Origin: Eledone cirrhosa
Taxonomy: Eukaryota
DNA length: 64,000 nucleotides
Reading direction: 5' to 3'
NCBI GenBank assembly: GCA_964016885.1
Contig: OZ024748.1
Coordinates: forward strand, 57,288,001 to 57,352,000
The notes under the pieces: generated by a model
What the model was told of the DNA's origin: nothing
What the model saw: only the letters and a program-made list of their open reading frames with translations
Databases searched by the model: none
Program-made: the position numbers and the translations under genes
Shown: positions 13,284-25,687 of the stretch, piece by piece
How the letters are laid out: each line of letters opens with the position of its first letter
How positions within the stretch are numbered: the stretch's first letter is position 1

Positions 13284-14510
13284 GGTTTCATTTGGGATGA
13301 ATTTAAAGAAATGATTAACATCATAAGAATTGGTCTTAATTCCAAGCTTCTCTGAGAGTTTTATCAGCGACCTTTTGGCGCTTGTTGGATCGGATTCGAT
13401 TACAGCTATATTGGAAAAGGGTTCTTCTTCTCTATCTTCTAAAATAGGCTTTTCAAGAAACTGGTTGTATCTTATTTGTCTTGATTCGTGTTTCGATCGA
13501 ATCAAATTCATTTTTTTCTTGTCTTTCAAAATATGGGCGTGCTCTGACACCAAACACATGATTCCCGCTAAATAAGTTTCATTATATTTACATTTCACAT
13601 GTGGTTCAATACCAAGTGATATTAATAAGTTAATATACATAATATCAACTCCGTAACAGAATTTTATCCAATCTCTCAGATAGATTCCTCCCATTCGTGC
13701 GTTAATCTCACAAAGTTTTGGTCCTGTCACTGACATAATCATTTCCACGTTAAAAACACCGCTTTCTAAACCAATTTCAAGACAGCATTGGTAAGCAGCA
13801 ACAATAAGTTGGTTTTGCTTTTCATTTGGGAGTATAGATGGCAAAAGCGCCGCCGTTTCTGTGAAATTGGGTAAGTTGGTCGGACCGTTATCAGACACAA
13901 AAGCTGCAATCAACTTACGTTTATACATTATAATATCTACATCATGTTCACTACCTTGTAAGTAATCCATCAATATAAATGAACGTCCTAAGCCTAAACC
14001 AACACCAGACATTTTCAAATCCGATAGCTGCCGGTAATACCTTTGGCAATCTTCTTCGCTTTCTACAAGTTTAACACCTACTGCACTAGAGCCATACACA
14101 AGTTTTAATACCAAAGGCAGGGATGGTTTGTTGTTTTGGAATATCTTAGGAATATCTGACTCTCCATTAATTTCATAAACGTTTGAAGAGTACAAAAACG
14201 TACGGGGCCAGTGAGGGATATCTCCCTTTCGCTTCTGTAACCATTTCAAAGTAAGGAATTTGTTTTTTGCAATGGAGCATGCCTTATAACTTGGTCCCGA
14301 TAGATTCATAATCTCACATATCGCAGCTGCCAAACGAACATTATCCTCCCAGAAGGTAAGACAACCATCAATCTTTAGACCCCTCGCTTGAAGTTTGCTA
14401 ATGATTTCACTCGCATTTTTATATGTCCGTCTCAAGTCTGTCAGATCGTGTGATACGAAAGTGATTTCATCACTCAAGTCTTTGGGTTTCTCTGTATTCA
14501 CCAATATAAT
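13281..14510 (-). CDS. CARNS1: Carnosine synthase 1-like, last coding exon (C-terminal ATP-grasp domain)
   Basis: cacag| acceptor at 14511; DGCLTFWED, KLVYGSSAVGVKLV, GSEHDVD, SDNGPT..P.FTETAA, GVFNVE, EINARMGG motifs; TAA at 13281-13283. Confidence 0.95.
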   Translation of the reverse strand: MILVNTEKPKDLSDEITFVSHDLTDLRRTYKNASEIISKLQARGLKIDGCLTFWEDNVRLAAAICEIMNLSGPSYKACSIAKNKFLTLKWLQKRKGDIPHWPRTFLYSSNVYEINGESDIPKIFQNNKPSLPLVLKLVYGSSAVGVKLVESEEDCQRYYRQLSDLKMSGVGLGLGRSFILMDYLQGSEHDVDIIMYKRKLIAAFVSDNGPTNLPNFTETAALLPSILPNEKQNQLIVAAYQCCLEIGLESGVFNVEMIMSVTGPKLCEINARMGGIYLRDWIKFCYGVDIMYINLLISLGIEPHVKCKYNETYLAGIMCLVSEHAHILKDKKKMNLIRSKHESRQIRYNQFLEKPILEDREEEPFSNIAVIESDPTSAKRSLIKLSEKLGIKTNSYDVNHFFKFIPNET

Positions 14511-15361
14511 CTGTGGAATAAAAGAAAACACAAACATACAATAAATTTTAACATCCGGTATCGTACGAAATGGCATTAGCAGCACAAAATACATCCTTAT
14601 AGACTGTATGACCTCGGGAATTAAAGTATTTCCACAAATACTGTAAATTTAAACACTCCTACTTCTTTCGTCACATTAGAGAGCTTGACTTTCCTCTTTA
14701 TTTTACATTCCATTCTATCTTTTTTACTGTTATAAACATCAATTTAACTAAATACTATTTACAAACCTATTTGAAAATATTTTCTGGTAAATAATTGTTT
14801 CTACTTTTGGCACAAGGCCAGCTAATACCAAGTGCATTATTGGTACGGTACTTTATTTTATCGACCCCGTAAGGATGAAAGGCAAAGTTAACCTCGGCGG
14901 GATTTGAACTCAGACCGTAAAGGGACGTAATTATGCTGGAAAGCATGGCGACCGACCCTCTACTGATACAGACAAAGGATGTTACTATTGAAAGTTGGGG
15001 CGTGTACACTAGTGGTAAGGGCGTTGGACTTACGATAATAATGCCATGTGTTCGATTCCTAGACTGGATTGTGTGCTGTATTCTTGAGCAAACGCTTCAT
15101 TTTACGTTGCTCCAATATACTCAGCTGCAAATGAGTACCTGCAATATCTGGGGGTTTACAATAAACTGGCGTACTTGTACTCTCAGTCGATTCACGCCAC
15201 TGAAAACAAGATAAGCACCAATCTGGTGAAGCTCCGGGCTCGAGACAAACTTTGGACATTATAGAGTGTTGTTGTTGTTAATCGATCAAACTTATGATCA
15301 ATGTGGTATGATTTGGAATTATACCTTTAATAAGTAAGGGAAATATATTTTACTTGCTCAC

Positions 15362-15624
15362 CTTGATTCCATAATTTCTGGTATCCTTCAGAGTAAACAG
15401 TTTTCCGTAAGACCCGTCACCAATAAAGAGGACAGTTTTATCTTTCGCAAGGAAACGTTCGGATCTTGAAATCATGGTATTCACCAGTTCTCTGGCAGCT
15501 TCTCCAATTTTGTCCCTATTTATGAATTCATTAATTTGGCAGTTTATCATGCAGTCGTGACCATTTACTTCAATCAGCACCGGTTCAAATTTCGATTGTT
15601 TGTTAGAGAGTAAAAAGTCAAGTC
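15362..15624 (-). CDS. CARNS1: CARNS1-like coding exon 7
   Basis: acag|GA...AAG|gtgagc; GLDFLLS...PVLIEVNGHDC...VLFIGDGSYGK; phases 1/0 fit neighbours. Confidence 0.9.
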
Positions 15625-16819
15625 CTGTCATTTGGAACAAAGAAAATAAATTAATTGTTAATGTTATTAATGTTGTAAGGCGGCGAATGACAGAGTCGTT
15701 AGGGCACAACTTTGCCTTTCATTCATTCGAGGTTGATAAAAAAAGGTACCAGTAAAGTACTGGGGTAGATTCTTCCTCTATACCTCTTTCTCACTTCCAT
15801 TCTCTCCTCTGCTCTCTCTCTGGAAGAAATCTGTTATAGTCAGACCTGGAGAGATGGGCTTCGCTAGCTTTAAAAGAGCCCTAGAAACGCCTTTTGTCAA
15901 CACAGCGCCCCAACGATTCGCTCAGGAGTTACGGGACCATGCATGCATTAATATTGTGTGAAGGCGCATGGTTTAGTGGTTAGGGTTGTCGGCTCAAGAC
16001 CGTACAGACATGAGCTCGATATACAGTGGTACATTATGTCTTTAGCAGGACACTATATTTCAGGTTATTACAGTTTATTAAATTTGCAAATAATGAGTTA
16101 TACTTGTAATTCATAGATGAAGGATCGTCACACTGAACTACGTTCGCTGGGAATTACTCTATGGTCTTGAATAATCGACCCTCTCCTGCTTATTAATTTT
16201 TCAGATCCTTCCCCACCCGCTTATTAAATTTTGCTAATCTCTCTCCGGTGAAATTTTATTTTAAGTGGTAGCATTCCTGCGACAATTAATTTTCTTTATA
16301 CATTAAGTAAATTACAAGAAATCTCATACATTATAAAATAAATAGGATGGGTTGGAGTCTCAATATGTAAACTAAACGACTTATTCTGGTTTTTAAAAAA
16401 TCAACAGAGGCAACCTAGAAAAATTACCGCCACCCCCACTTCATCCAAACCCCACCCAGATTATTCAATCCACCCTCCCTTATTCCCCCCCCCCTCCCCG
16501 CCGCTTTAACAGACTTTAACTTTAACTTATAATGCTGTTCCACAGTTAGATGAGGAATTGTTAACCGTTAATTTACTAATTCGACTTATCATTATCAGCA
16601 ACAACTCTTACCACATTATTCGTTATGAGATAGTATAGAAAACAAAATGGAGTCGATCATCAGATTACACCGGATACAATGTTTTATTGGGCTTCGCATT
16701 GCTGATACTCTGGATGTAGATTTCGTCTCTCAGTATAGTTTAAGTGGATAAATGTCAACATTACTACATGAATCTAACACTGTAGACGGAGAGAGTTAAT
16801 AAACAGTCACAAGGATATG

Positions 16820-17015
16820 GTCCGAACGTGGAAGAACCGAACTCTCACTGTCATCGCCTCCATTTCTCTCTCCCTCCCTCCCCATCTCTCTGTACGGTGA
16901 GCAAATGGGGTCCCACATGTTGGCCTCCCCACAGCCCCGGCGGACAGAATGGAGAAGGCGTTTCCCCGGCGGAGGATGGTAAAGGAGATGCGCTGGAAGA
17001 GCCATTCCATCTCGC
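16820..17015 (-). mobile_element. 3' fragment of a CRE-like non-LTR retrotransposon (second copy ~61010-61190 +)
   Basis: EMEWLFQRISFTILRRGNAFSILS / EWLFQRVSLIILWGNAFSILS resemble the QR.S....RGNA C-terminal motif of CRE-clade elements; the two copies are homologous. Confidence 0.55.
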
Positions 17016-17166
17016 TGATACTATCTGCCGGTTGCACCGTGTTACAAAAGGATCAACGCAATATATATTGTTTTTGCTCAAGAACACAACACGCTAACCT
17101 CGCTAGGAATCGAACCCATGATATGATGATAATGCAACATATAATCAGCAAAGATTTATAGCTTAC

Positions 17167-17395
17167 CAATAATATCAGTCTGTGCACCAATTCCACCCCG
17201 TTCGTCTTCGTTAAGTGTGTCATCAAAGGATATGATGGCTCTTAGAGTTTCTTCTGAAACTTTGACCAGCTTAATTTTGATGTCTTCGATACATTTATCA
17301 GAGATTTGCCAAGTCTTAAGAGACATTTCCAATGACTGGGGAACAGTATTATCTCCATTGATTGGTTTACCCGTCTTGGCAACGCCACAGACAAT
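17167..17395 (-). CDS. CARNS1: CARNS1-like coding exon 6
   Basis: ttcag|...|gtaagc; IVCGVAKTGKPINGDNTVPQSLE...RGGIGAQTDIIG. Confidence 0.9.
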
Positions 17396-17445
17396 CTGAA
17401 AATAAGGAAAAGATTTGATTTATCAAGAAACAAGATTAAGAATAA

Positions 17446-19190
17446 TTATAATTGTTTCTATTTTAGGCACAAGGCCAGCAATTACCCAGTACATTACTGG
17501 TACTTTATTTTATCGACCCCGTAAGGATGAAAGGCAAAGTTAACCTCGGCCGGATTTGAACTCAGATCGTAAAGGGACGTAACTATGCTGGAAAGCATGT
17601 CCGACGCTCCACCGATACTGCCAAATCACCGCCCAAGAATAAGAATAATTATAATGGTTTGTGATTTAGACACAAGACGAACAATTTTGTGGGGAGGGTG
17701 GATTAAATCGATCCTTTGTACATTACTGGTACTGTATTTTATCGATCCCGTAAGGATGAAAGGCAAAGCTAACCTCGGCGGGATTTGAACTAAAACGTAA
17801 AGCGACGTAACTCTATGCCACAAAGCATGTTGTCCAGTGCTCTACCGATACTGCCAATCCATCACCCTTATAATAGTTTCTGCTTTAGGCACACGGCCAA
17901 CAATTTTGAAGGGAGGAGCAAGTCGATTAAATCGAACCAGTGCATTACTGGTACTTTATTTAAACATTCATTATGAGACTCATATATGTTTATTATATAT
18001 AAACATAGGGTATATGCTTTCATATACACCTTTATTATGCAGCACGCTATGTTAGTGCTACACCTAATTAATCAGATAAGGGTGTTATGTCTTGCAAATT
18101 AAAGAAAATCAAACTGACCTTTGAAACATGAGGAAGGTTATCTGCTGTTCGACACACTGTGGTCCTGATACGAAAGTTATAATCTGTTCCAAAAAAATAG
18201 AAATAATAATAAATAAATTAAAATAATAAGCACCAATATAGGACCAGAGCCGGTTTGGGCAGAATTGGTGTCGAAATACTTAAACAGGGGCAACAGTATA
18301 GTTTAGGCAAATTATCGATTCCTAGAAAGAAGGAGACGATAAAAAATAATTCCTTGTCATGGTTTTATTATCTTAGGTGAATTGGTAGTATCGGTAGAGG
18401 GTCGGACGCCATGCTTCGCAGCATAGAGTTACGGCCCTTTATGATTTGAGTTCAAATCCCGCCGAGGTTAACTCTGCCTTTCATCCTTACGGAGTCGATA
18501 AAATAAAGTACCAGTCACGCACTGGGGTCGATTTAATCGACTTTCCCCTCCCCAAAAATTGTCGGTCTTGTGCCTATATAAGAAACCATTATTATAGGTG
18601 GATTGTAAGTATCGGTAGAAGGTCGGTTGCCATGCTTTGCAGCCTAGAGTTACGTCCATTTACGGCCTGAGTTCAAATCCCGCCGAGGTTTACTTTGCCT
18701 TTCATCCTTACGCAGTTGATAAAATAAAGTACCAGTAACGTACTGGGATAATTGCTGGCCTTGTGCCAAAAGTAGAAACAATTATTTTAGGTGAATTGGC
18801 AGTATCAGTAGAAGGTCGGACGCCAGGCTTTGCAGCATAGAGTTACGGCACTTTACGTTCTGAGTTCAAATCCCGCCGAGGTTAGCTTTGCCTTTAATCC
18901 TTACTGTGGTGGTGGTGGGGGGTCGATAAAATAAATCTCCTGGAATGCACAGGGCTTGATTTAATCGACTTTCCTCTCTCCCCAAATTGCTCTCCTCGCG
19001 CCATTGGTAGAAACAATTATTTTAGAAAGATTGACAGTATTGGTAGAAGGTTGGACGCCATGCTTTGCAGCATAGAGTTACGACACTTTACATTCTGTTC
19101 AAATCCCATCGGTCTTATCTTTGCCTTTCATCCTTACGGTGGTGAGGGGAGGGGTCGATGATAAAATAAATCACCAATAATGCACTGGAG
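17446..19190. mobile_element. Dense SINE family A clusters flanking CARNS1 exon 5 (17446-17960 on -, 18375-19190 on +)
   Basis: About 7 copies with the same head, core and tail. Confidence 0.9.
18119..18183 (-). CDS. CARNS1: CARNS1-like coding exon 5 (65 nt)
   Basis: aacag|...AAG|gtcagt; DYNFRIRTTVCRTADNLPHVSK, like vertebrate RICAVVCRTQGDRPLLSK; phases 1/0. Confidence 0.88.
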
Positions 19191-19399
19191 TCGTTTATTT
19201 CACGTGCAAGACATGAACATATCTAATCCGGGTCACGTCAAAAAATGATTTGCTGACCCAAGATTTATAAGGTAACCTCAAAGTAAGTTACACCGAATAT
19301 TATAATCCAAGGGATAAATTATTCTTAGAAAACCAAATAGTTACGTCACGTTTGAGAAACCTTTGATCATAGTTTTGCCGACAGTCATAGCTGAGCTTA

Positions 19400-19900
19400 A
19401 GCTAAACAACAACATCAAATACTACTACTACTACTACCACCACCACTATTACTATTATCGATACCACTACTATTACTACTGTTGACACTAATACCATACC
19501 TACTATTACTACTATCGATACCACCACCACTACTACTACTACTACTGCTGCTACTACTACCGCTACTACTACCACCACTATTACTATTACTACTATCAAT
19601 ACCACCACTACTACTACTACTACTGCTGCTACTACTACCACCACTATTACTATTACCGACACCAATACCACCACCACCACCACTACTACTACTATTACTA
19701 CCACCACCACTATTACTATTACTACTATCGACACCAATAACACCACCACCACCACCACTACTACTACTAATGCTACTACTACCACCACTATTACTATTAC
19801 TACTATCGACACCAATGCCACCACCACCACCACTACTACTACTACTACTAATGCTACTACTACCACCACTATTACTATTACTACTATCGACACCAATACC

Positions 19901-19931
<31 letters not shown>

Positions 19932-20168
19932 ATGCTACTACTACCACCACTATTACTATTACTACTATCGACACCAATAACACCACCACCACCACCACTA
20001 CTACTACTAATGCTACTACTACCACCACTATTACTATTACTACTATCGACACCAATGCCACCACCACCACCACCACTACTACTACTACTAATGCTACTAC
20101 TACCACCACTATTACTATTACTACTATCGACACCAATACCACCACCACCATTACTACTACTACTACTC
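19400..20168. repeat. Compound (ACT/ACC)n trinucleotide repeat with a ~78-81-bp higher-order unit
   Basis: Recurring block ctatcgacaccaat...; gives spurious poly-V/S/L ORFs. Confidence 0.95.
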
Positions 20169-20199
20169 AAATGTTACGAGATGATATTACTGAGCTCAC

Positions 20200-20371
20200 C
20201 TTTATTGACAGAGAACTTGGTGTTAATACATTCTTCCAATATGACGGCGTCACCTTTTTCTAATCTGTGATATACTGAAACGGCTGTTTTCACCAATTCC
20301 TCTAACACTGGTTCATTGAAAGACACCAATTTACTTCCAAACCATGAAGGGCCAGACGGTTTTATGATAAT
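20200..20371 (-). CDS. CARNS1: CARNS1-like coding exon 4
   Basis: tgtag|...G|gtgagc; IIIKPSGPSWFGSK...GDAVILEECI (first ATP-grasp KPSG motif). Confidence 0.9.
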
Positions 20372-20405
20372 CTACAATGACAGCAAATTATGATATATAT
20401 ATATA

Positions 20406-20572
20406 CAGGTAAAATTCCGTTATAACGAATAGCATTATAACGAATTTTTCACTATAACGAAATTTTAATCCTCGCCACATGCTCAATTTATTAAATCGAT
20501 CTCATTATAAGGAATTTTTCATTACAACGAATGTTTATACCCCTTGAATTTCGTTATAACGAAATTTTACTG
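20406..20572. mobile_element. Tigger/pogo-like MITE
   Basis: TA|CAGGTAAAATTCCGTTATAACGAA ... TTCGTTATAACGAAATTTTACTG|TA. Confidence 0.8.
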
Positions 20573-20588
20573 TATGTGCAAAAGCATA

Positions 20589-20650
<62 letters not shown>

Positions 20651-21056
20651 CATATATATGTAATTACATATACAAATACATACATAATTGGTTGTATTGC
20701 ATTATACATATTTCAATGACACAGTAGGTGGTAATTATGTAATAATTACATCATTAATAGGCTCCAATGTGGTATAATCGGATTCTATACTGTCTATAAT
20801 GCATTTGGAACTATAATGATTTACGGAAAACACCTGATGAGTGGCAATCGTCTTTGCGTTTCTGTCTTCCGTGTTTTCTGTTCCCTGTATTATTATTATT
20901 ATTATTACACGTCCCTTTACGATCTGAGTTCAAATCCCGCCGAGGTTGACTTTGCCTTTCATCCTTACGGGGTCGATAAAATAAAGTACCAGTAATGCAC
21001 TGGGTAATTGCTGGCCTTGTGCCTAAAGTAGAAACAATTATTACTATTAGGGCGGT

Positions 21057-21485
21057 GAAAGAAATACGGTTTTAGGAAGCCGTAGCTATGCAAACACCGG
21101 TGTTTGCATAGCTACGGCTTCCTAAAACCGCATTTCTTTCGAAATACGAAATTTCTATACATATTGTATAAAGCTATGCTTGAAGCGAAATCTTATTTCT
21201 TTTCTATTATAAGTTGAGCCAACTCATGCAGCTTCACATGCAAATGAGATTAAGCACCTCATTTACACAGACGAAAAAATTATATATTCTCGGCTGTCTT
21301 CTAGTCCAGCAGTCGCAAGCAGTGGGAGGGATCGTCCTGACGAAGGCAAGTTAAGCCTGAAATGCATAGACGGTTGTCCCCCTTGCTTCTGGTGGTCATC
21401 ACCAGGGGGCGTTAGCCCCCCATCCGGTGTAAGTAGAGCTACGGCTTCCTAAGACCATATTTCTTTCGAAATACGAAATTTCTAT

Positions 21486-21488
<3 letters not shown>
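21057..21488 (+). mobile_element. Penelope-like pLTR remnant with terminal palindrome and direct repeat
   Basis: 84-bp near-perfect palindrome 21057-21140, ~50-bp direct repeat (21110-21160 / 21437-21488), internal hammerhead, ends in (TA)n. Confidence 0.6.
21331..21374 (+). ncRNA. Minimal type-I hammerhead ribozyme (family H3)
   Basis: atcgtc-CTGACGA-aggc(aagttaa)gcct-GAAA-tgca-TA^gacggt; intact core, palindromic stem III ATGCAT. Confidence 0.8.
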
Positions 21489-21531
<43 letters not shown>

Positions 21532-21836
21532 CTAAAACCTGCGATTTCGTTTGCATCGAATGATGTAGACGAGTTCTACCTTTTGGGTAAATGCATTCGA
21601 TGTTCAGAGAATGAAATTGACCCCGTGCAAAGCCTTTAAAAAGTTTCAAGCACATGCATCGCTTAATATGTGACATATTTTGCGATGTATGGTATTTCTG
21701 GCTATAGGCAAAACCCTAGCAGGACAAAAATAGCCACGTCCGTGATGTTCGTACTTAAGCATCATGTGATGGCATTACTTGATATCGAACTTCAGAAATG
21801 TATGTATGTATGTATGCATATCAGGTCAGTACTTAC

Positions 21837-22213
21837 TTGTTTGAAGTGGTAGGTGGCTAGAAATGTTTCGATTTCATTTTTAAAGACGACTTCCAATTGT
21901 TTGTCTGTTATATTTTCTGGAATGGTTTGAATTGCAATCTTTAGTCCTCTCGTATTCAAAACAACATTAGAATGCTTTACAAAGGCCAATGTTGTTGGAT
22001 AAGGCACACAAGCTTGTGCAGCCAATGTTCGTGTTAACAGTTTGTTATCAGTGAACTTCAGCAGCTTCAACGAACTGCTCATTGGACAATCTAAATCCTG
22101 TTCAAGATATTCACCTTCCCTGTGTACATTTTCAGTGCAGTTGGCTGTGAAGAAGTTGACGAAATATGTCACACGCCGTGGAGGCTGATACGTCTCAAGG
22201 AAACTGTAACCAC
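21837..22213 (-). CDS. CARNS1: CARNS1-like coding exon 3
   Basis: aatag|...|gtaagt; GGYSFLETYQPPRRVTYF...LDCPMSSS...TDNKLLTR, matching CARNS1 PPRRATYF. Confidence 0.92.
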
Positions 22214-22826
22214 CTATTGTAATAGAGCAAGGAAATATATATGAGTGAGTTGCATCTTACGCATGTTTGAATGATTAGAAATTTAGCATTGCAATTATAA
22301 AGCTCTACGAGAGACGGATAAATAGTTCATAGGCTGAGCAAGATACTCTCATGGAATGACCAAATGAGGTTCATTTTTTAACATTGATAAGAAGAGTTGA
22401 AATTAATGCATGCAAAATTTCACAGCGCTAGCACCACTCCTTCCTAGTTAGCTTATGAAGGAGTTTGTGCAAATACATCTTGCCAAAGACACAGGTCGAA
22501 TGGAACGTTATGGGTTTTCAACGTAACTAGATGGAGACTACGTGAATGCCTGTCGAATGAACATTCATAGAGCCAATAAATAAAAGTATTGAGTTTAGCC
22601 CTAGGTTAATTCCGAGTAAGAAGACATGATCTAATTCAGTTTAGCCGAGATCTCGTATTTCTTTTTTTTTTTCATTTTATATTTCAGTTTCAGTAATAGG
22701 TTGCTTATCGAAACAATTTAAGAAATTTCTATTAACGATTTCAACACTAATTTCCATTTTTAATAATAGTTTGTTAATTCATAAAAAATAATTAATTTTC
22801 ATCAAATTTATCAAGTAACATATATA

Positions 22827-23063
22827 CAGGGTGAGACAAAAGTAACCGGACAGTCAATGTATTTTTATTTCAGGGTTCACAGATAACATTTTGAACATCT
22901 GCTTATTTGTGTTATTTGTGTGGGATCAGCCATGGTTATACGTATTTTTTAACTATTTTTGTCTGATGAATTTATAATCCCGTAATGTATGCCCAGAATT
23001 TTAGAAAATATTGTCATTTAGAATATAAGTGTTGGTCTGCCCGGTCATTTATGATTCAGCCTG
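22827..23063. mobile_element. Tc1/mariner MITE
   Basis: TA|CAGGGTGAGACAAAAGTAACCGGACA ... TGCCCGGTCATTTATGATTCAGCCTG|TA imperfect TIRs. Confidence 0.6.
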
Positions 23064-23503
23064 TATTTTACGTGTATTTTCTTAATTCAAAGTATGTACA
23101 GGAGACCCCTTCATTCCAACAATATTGTAAATTGGGAACATTTTATCCCAGTACTATCGATAGGCGATCGACTTTCGTCAAATCGGACCGAGGAAACAAT
23201 GTTTCCGTTGGTCTTTCTAATTGCTAATACTATCTATCGGTCACAAATCCAGGTAGAAGAATCAAGTGGAAATGAAGTGTCTTCCCCAAGGACATAATAC
23301 ATCACTTGGTCCGAGAATCGAACTCATAACCTCACGATTCCGAATCCAATTCTCTAACTACTCAGTCATGCACCTTCACAATACTATATACGTTGGTGAA
23401 TTATGACAAATATTACATAAAGAATTCGGTAGGATGTAAAGTTTATTTTGGGGGTTTAGAAGTTCGTACAGCGTTGGAAGTGTTAACATATTAGATATCT
23501 TAC

Positions 23504-23882
23504 CTTTATAGAAAGTTATGGCCTTGTTGACGAACAATGAGTATTTGGAACTTTGTTTCGAAGATGGTTCCTTGCTAAGCCAGGAATCTGAAAGAACCAG
23601 CAACATATCCCCAGGACATTGTTCCCCTCCTTCTAACAAGATACTTAGACATTCAACAGGCGATGATAAAAGAGCAATTGTAACTTGTTGGTGGGAGAAT
23701 GTCTTCACTTGCGATGTCCTATCCTCTGTTTCTGGTAAACCAGTTTCGAACAATGAATGTTGTAAGGCTTTGTAATATTGTCGAGGAATTTTTTCATTGA
23801 TACCTGAGAGATTGTCAGGAACATTCCAAGCTTCGTAATTCCACAACGGACATGTATACTCATCAAAATATTCAGGATCTTT
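23504..23882 (-). CDS. CARNS1: CARNS1-like coding exon 2
   Basis: ttttag|...AAAG|gtaaga; YYKALQHSLFETGLPETEDRT...LSILLEGGEQCPGDMLLVLS. Confidence 0.92.
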
Positions 23883-24677
23883 CTAAAATAAGAATAGAAT
23901 AACCAAATATAATGTAAAAATATGATTAATAACTCGTTTTTGTATTTTGCAATAGCATCTACACACTCTCTCAATTCATATAGCACCGTCTTAGAGAAGG
24001 TGACATTTGATAATGCTGTCCATTATATCTTGAAGGCGGTGGATTGGCAGTATCGGTAGAGGGTCAGATGCCATGCTTTGACGCATAGTTACGGCCCTTG
24101 CCATTCTGAGTTTAAATCCCGCCGAGGTTAACTTTGCCTTTCATCCTTACGGGGTCGATAAAATAAAGTAGCAGTCACGGACTGGGGTCGATTTAATCCC
24201 CCTCCCCCGCCAAATTACTGGCCTTGTGCCTATACTAGAAATCATTATCTTTATAAAAGCAATGGATTGAAAGTATCGGTAGAGCATCGGTCGACATGTT
24301 GTGTGGTATATTGTTACATCCCTTCACGTCCTCAGTTCAAATCCCACTGAGGTTAGCTTTGCCTTTCAACCTTACGGGGTCGATAAAGTAAAATACCAGT
24401 AATAGTGGTCGATATACTCGATTTTCCCAACCCCCCAAATTTGTTGGCATTGTGGCTAAATCAGTAATCATTGTTATCTTCATAAGCCACAACATAAAAT
24501 TTGAGTAAAGAATAACACATCTATTGCAGAAGCAGATGTGAATATATTCAGGCGTTGTCCACAGCTTCATTTACTACACTTTGTTTTTTCAATATAGGCA
24601 TTCGCGAATAGGATTTACAGTTAACCGAGGGGATAACATTCTAGATTAAAAACGGCTCATATTATCTACTTAGCTTA

Positions 24678-24866
24678 GGGCGGTGAGTTGGCAGTATCGG
24701 TAGAGGGTTGGACGCCATGCTTTCTAGCATAGTTACGTCCCTTTACAGTCTGAGTTCAAATCTCGCCGAGGTTAACTTTGCCTTTCATCCTTACGGGGTC
24801 GATAAAATAAAGTACCAGTAATGTACTGGGTAATTGCTGGCCTTGTGCCTAAAGTAGAAACAATTA
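24678..24866 (+). mobile_element. Full-length SINE family A exemplar (other full copies at 24033-24245 +, 44068-44250 -, 49376-49560 -, 54967-55350 -, 60178-60366 -)
   Basis: GGCGG head with A-box tggcagtatcgg and B-box gttcaaatc; central core resembling the Meta/MESC SINE domain; (ATT)n tail; long target duplications at the 44068 and 60178 copies. Confidence 0.9.
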
Positions 24867-25206
24867 TCATCTTAGCTTTGCACTGTCTCCTTGACATTGG
24901 CCCATTAAGTGGATAATATAGACTAGAAGAGGAGTGGCTATCAAATGAAAATTTTACTACAGTTCACAGTGAGAGAGAATATAGTGAATTGCTGTTTTCC
25001 TTCCTCCAATTCCGGAGGAGGACATCAATGCTGAGGAAAGAACCCCGTGAGAAGTAATGGTTGATGTAGCAGATGTCAGCTGTGATCTCTCAATTCTTTG
25101 TTATTTTCAAAATTATTTGAAAGTCATAGACTGTGTATTTCATTAGAAATGTGGTAATAAATGGGTTACTTTGCAACAAAAATCAAGCATCTGTTTATGT
25201 ATTTAC

Positions 25207-25302
25207 CTGAACTTCTTCATAAATATCATCTTCAGTTAACCATCTCATTGGTGATTTTTTGGCATCAAATCTTTCATTGACAGAATTAGTAACAGCTTCC
25301 AT
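25207..25302 (-). CDS. CARNS1: CARNS1-like first coding exon (exon spans 25207-25325 including 5'UTR)
   Basis: ttcag| acceptor at 25326, ATG at 25302, 32 codons MEAVTNSVNERFDAKKSPMRWLTEDDIYEEVQ, phase-0 donor |gtaaat; total CDS 2811 nt = 936 aa + stop. Confidence 0.75.
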
Positions 25303-25687
25303 CGTACACAATCAAATACGATATCCTGAAATAATAACAATAAGGATTTCTGATTAAGACACAGGGCCAACAATTTTGGAGGAGGGGAAAGTCGATAAAA
25401 TCGGCTTCAGAGCGTTATTGGTACTTTATTTTACTGACCCCGTAAGGATGAAGGCCAAAACTATCTCGGTGGGATTTGAACTCAGACCATTAAGGGCCAT
25501 AACTCTATGCTGCAAAGCATTTTGTCTGGCGCTCTACTGATACTGCCAATCCATCGCTCTCAGGTAAGAAGACGAAGAAAAAGAAGACGAAGAAGAAGAA
25601 GAAGAAGAAGAAGACGAAGAAGACATAATATATCAGAATGTATTTTGCAAAAAAAAAAATGAAAAATATTTTCCTTGTGGTGTAGAT

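Noticed and set aside
14511-14594. N-terminal extension of the 437-aa ORF
   Set aside because: Intronic; a good acceptor at 14511 joins in phase to exon 7
19402-20270. Poly-V / S-G / L-P ORFs
   Set aside because: Trinucleotide repeat within a CARNS1 intron
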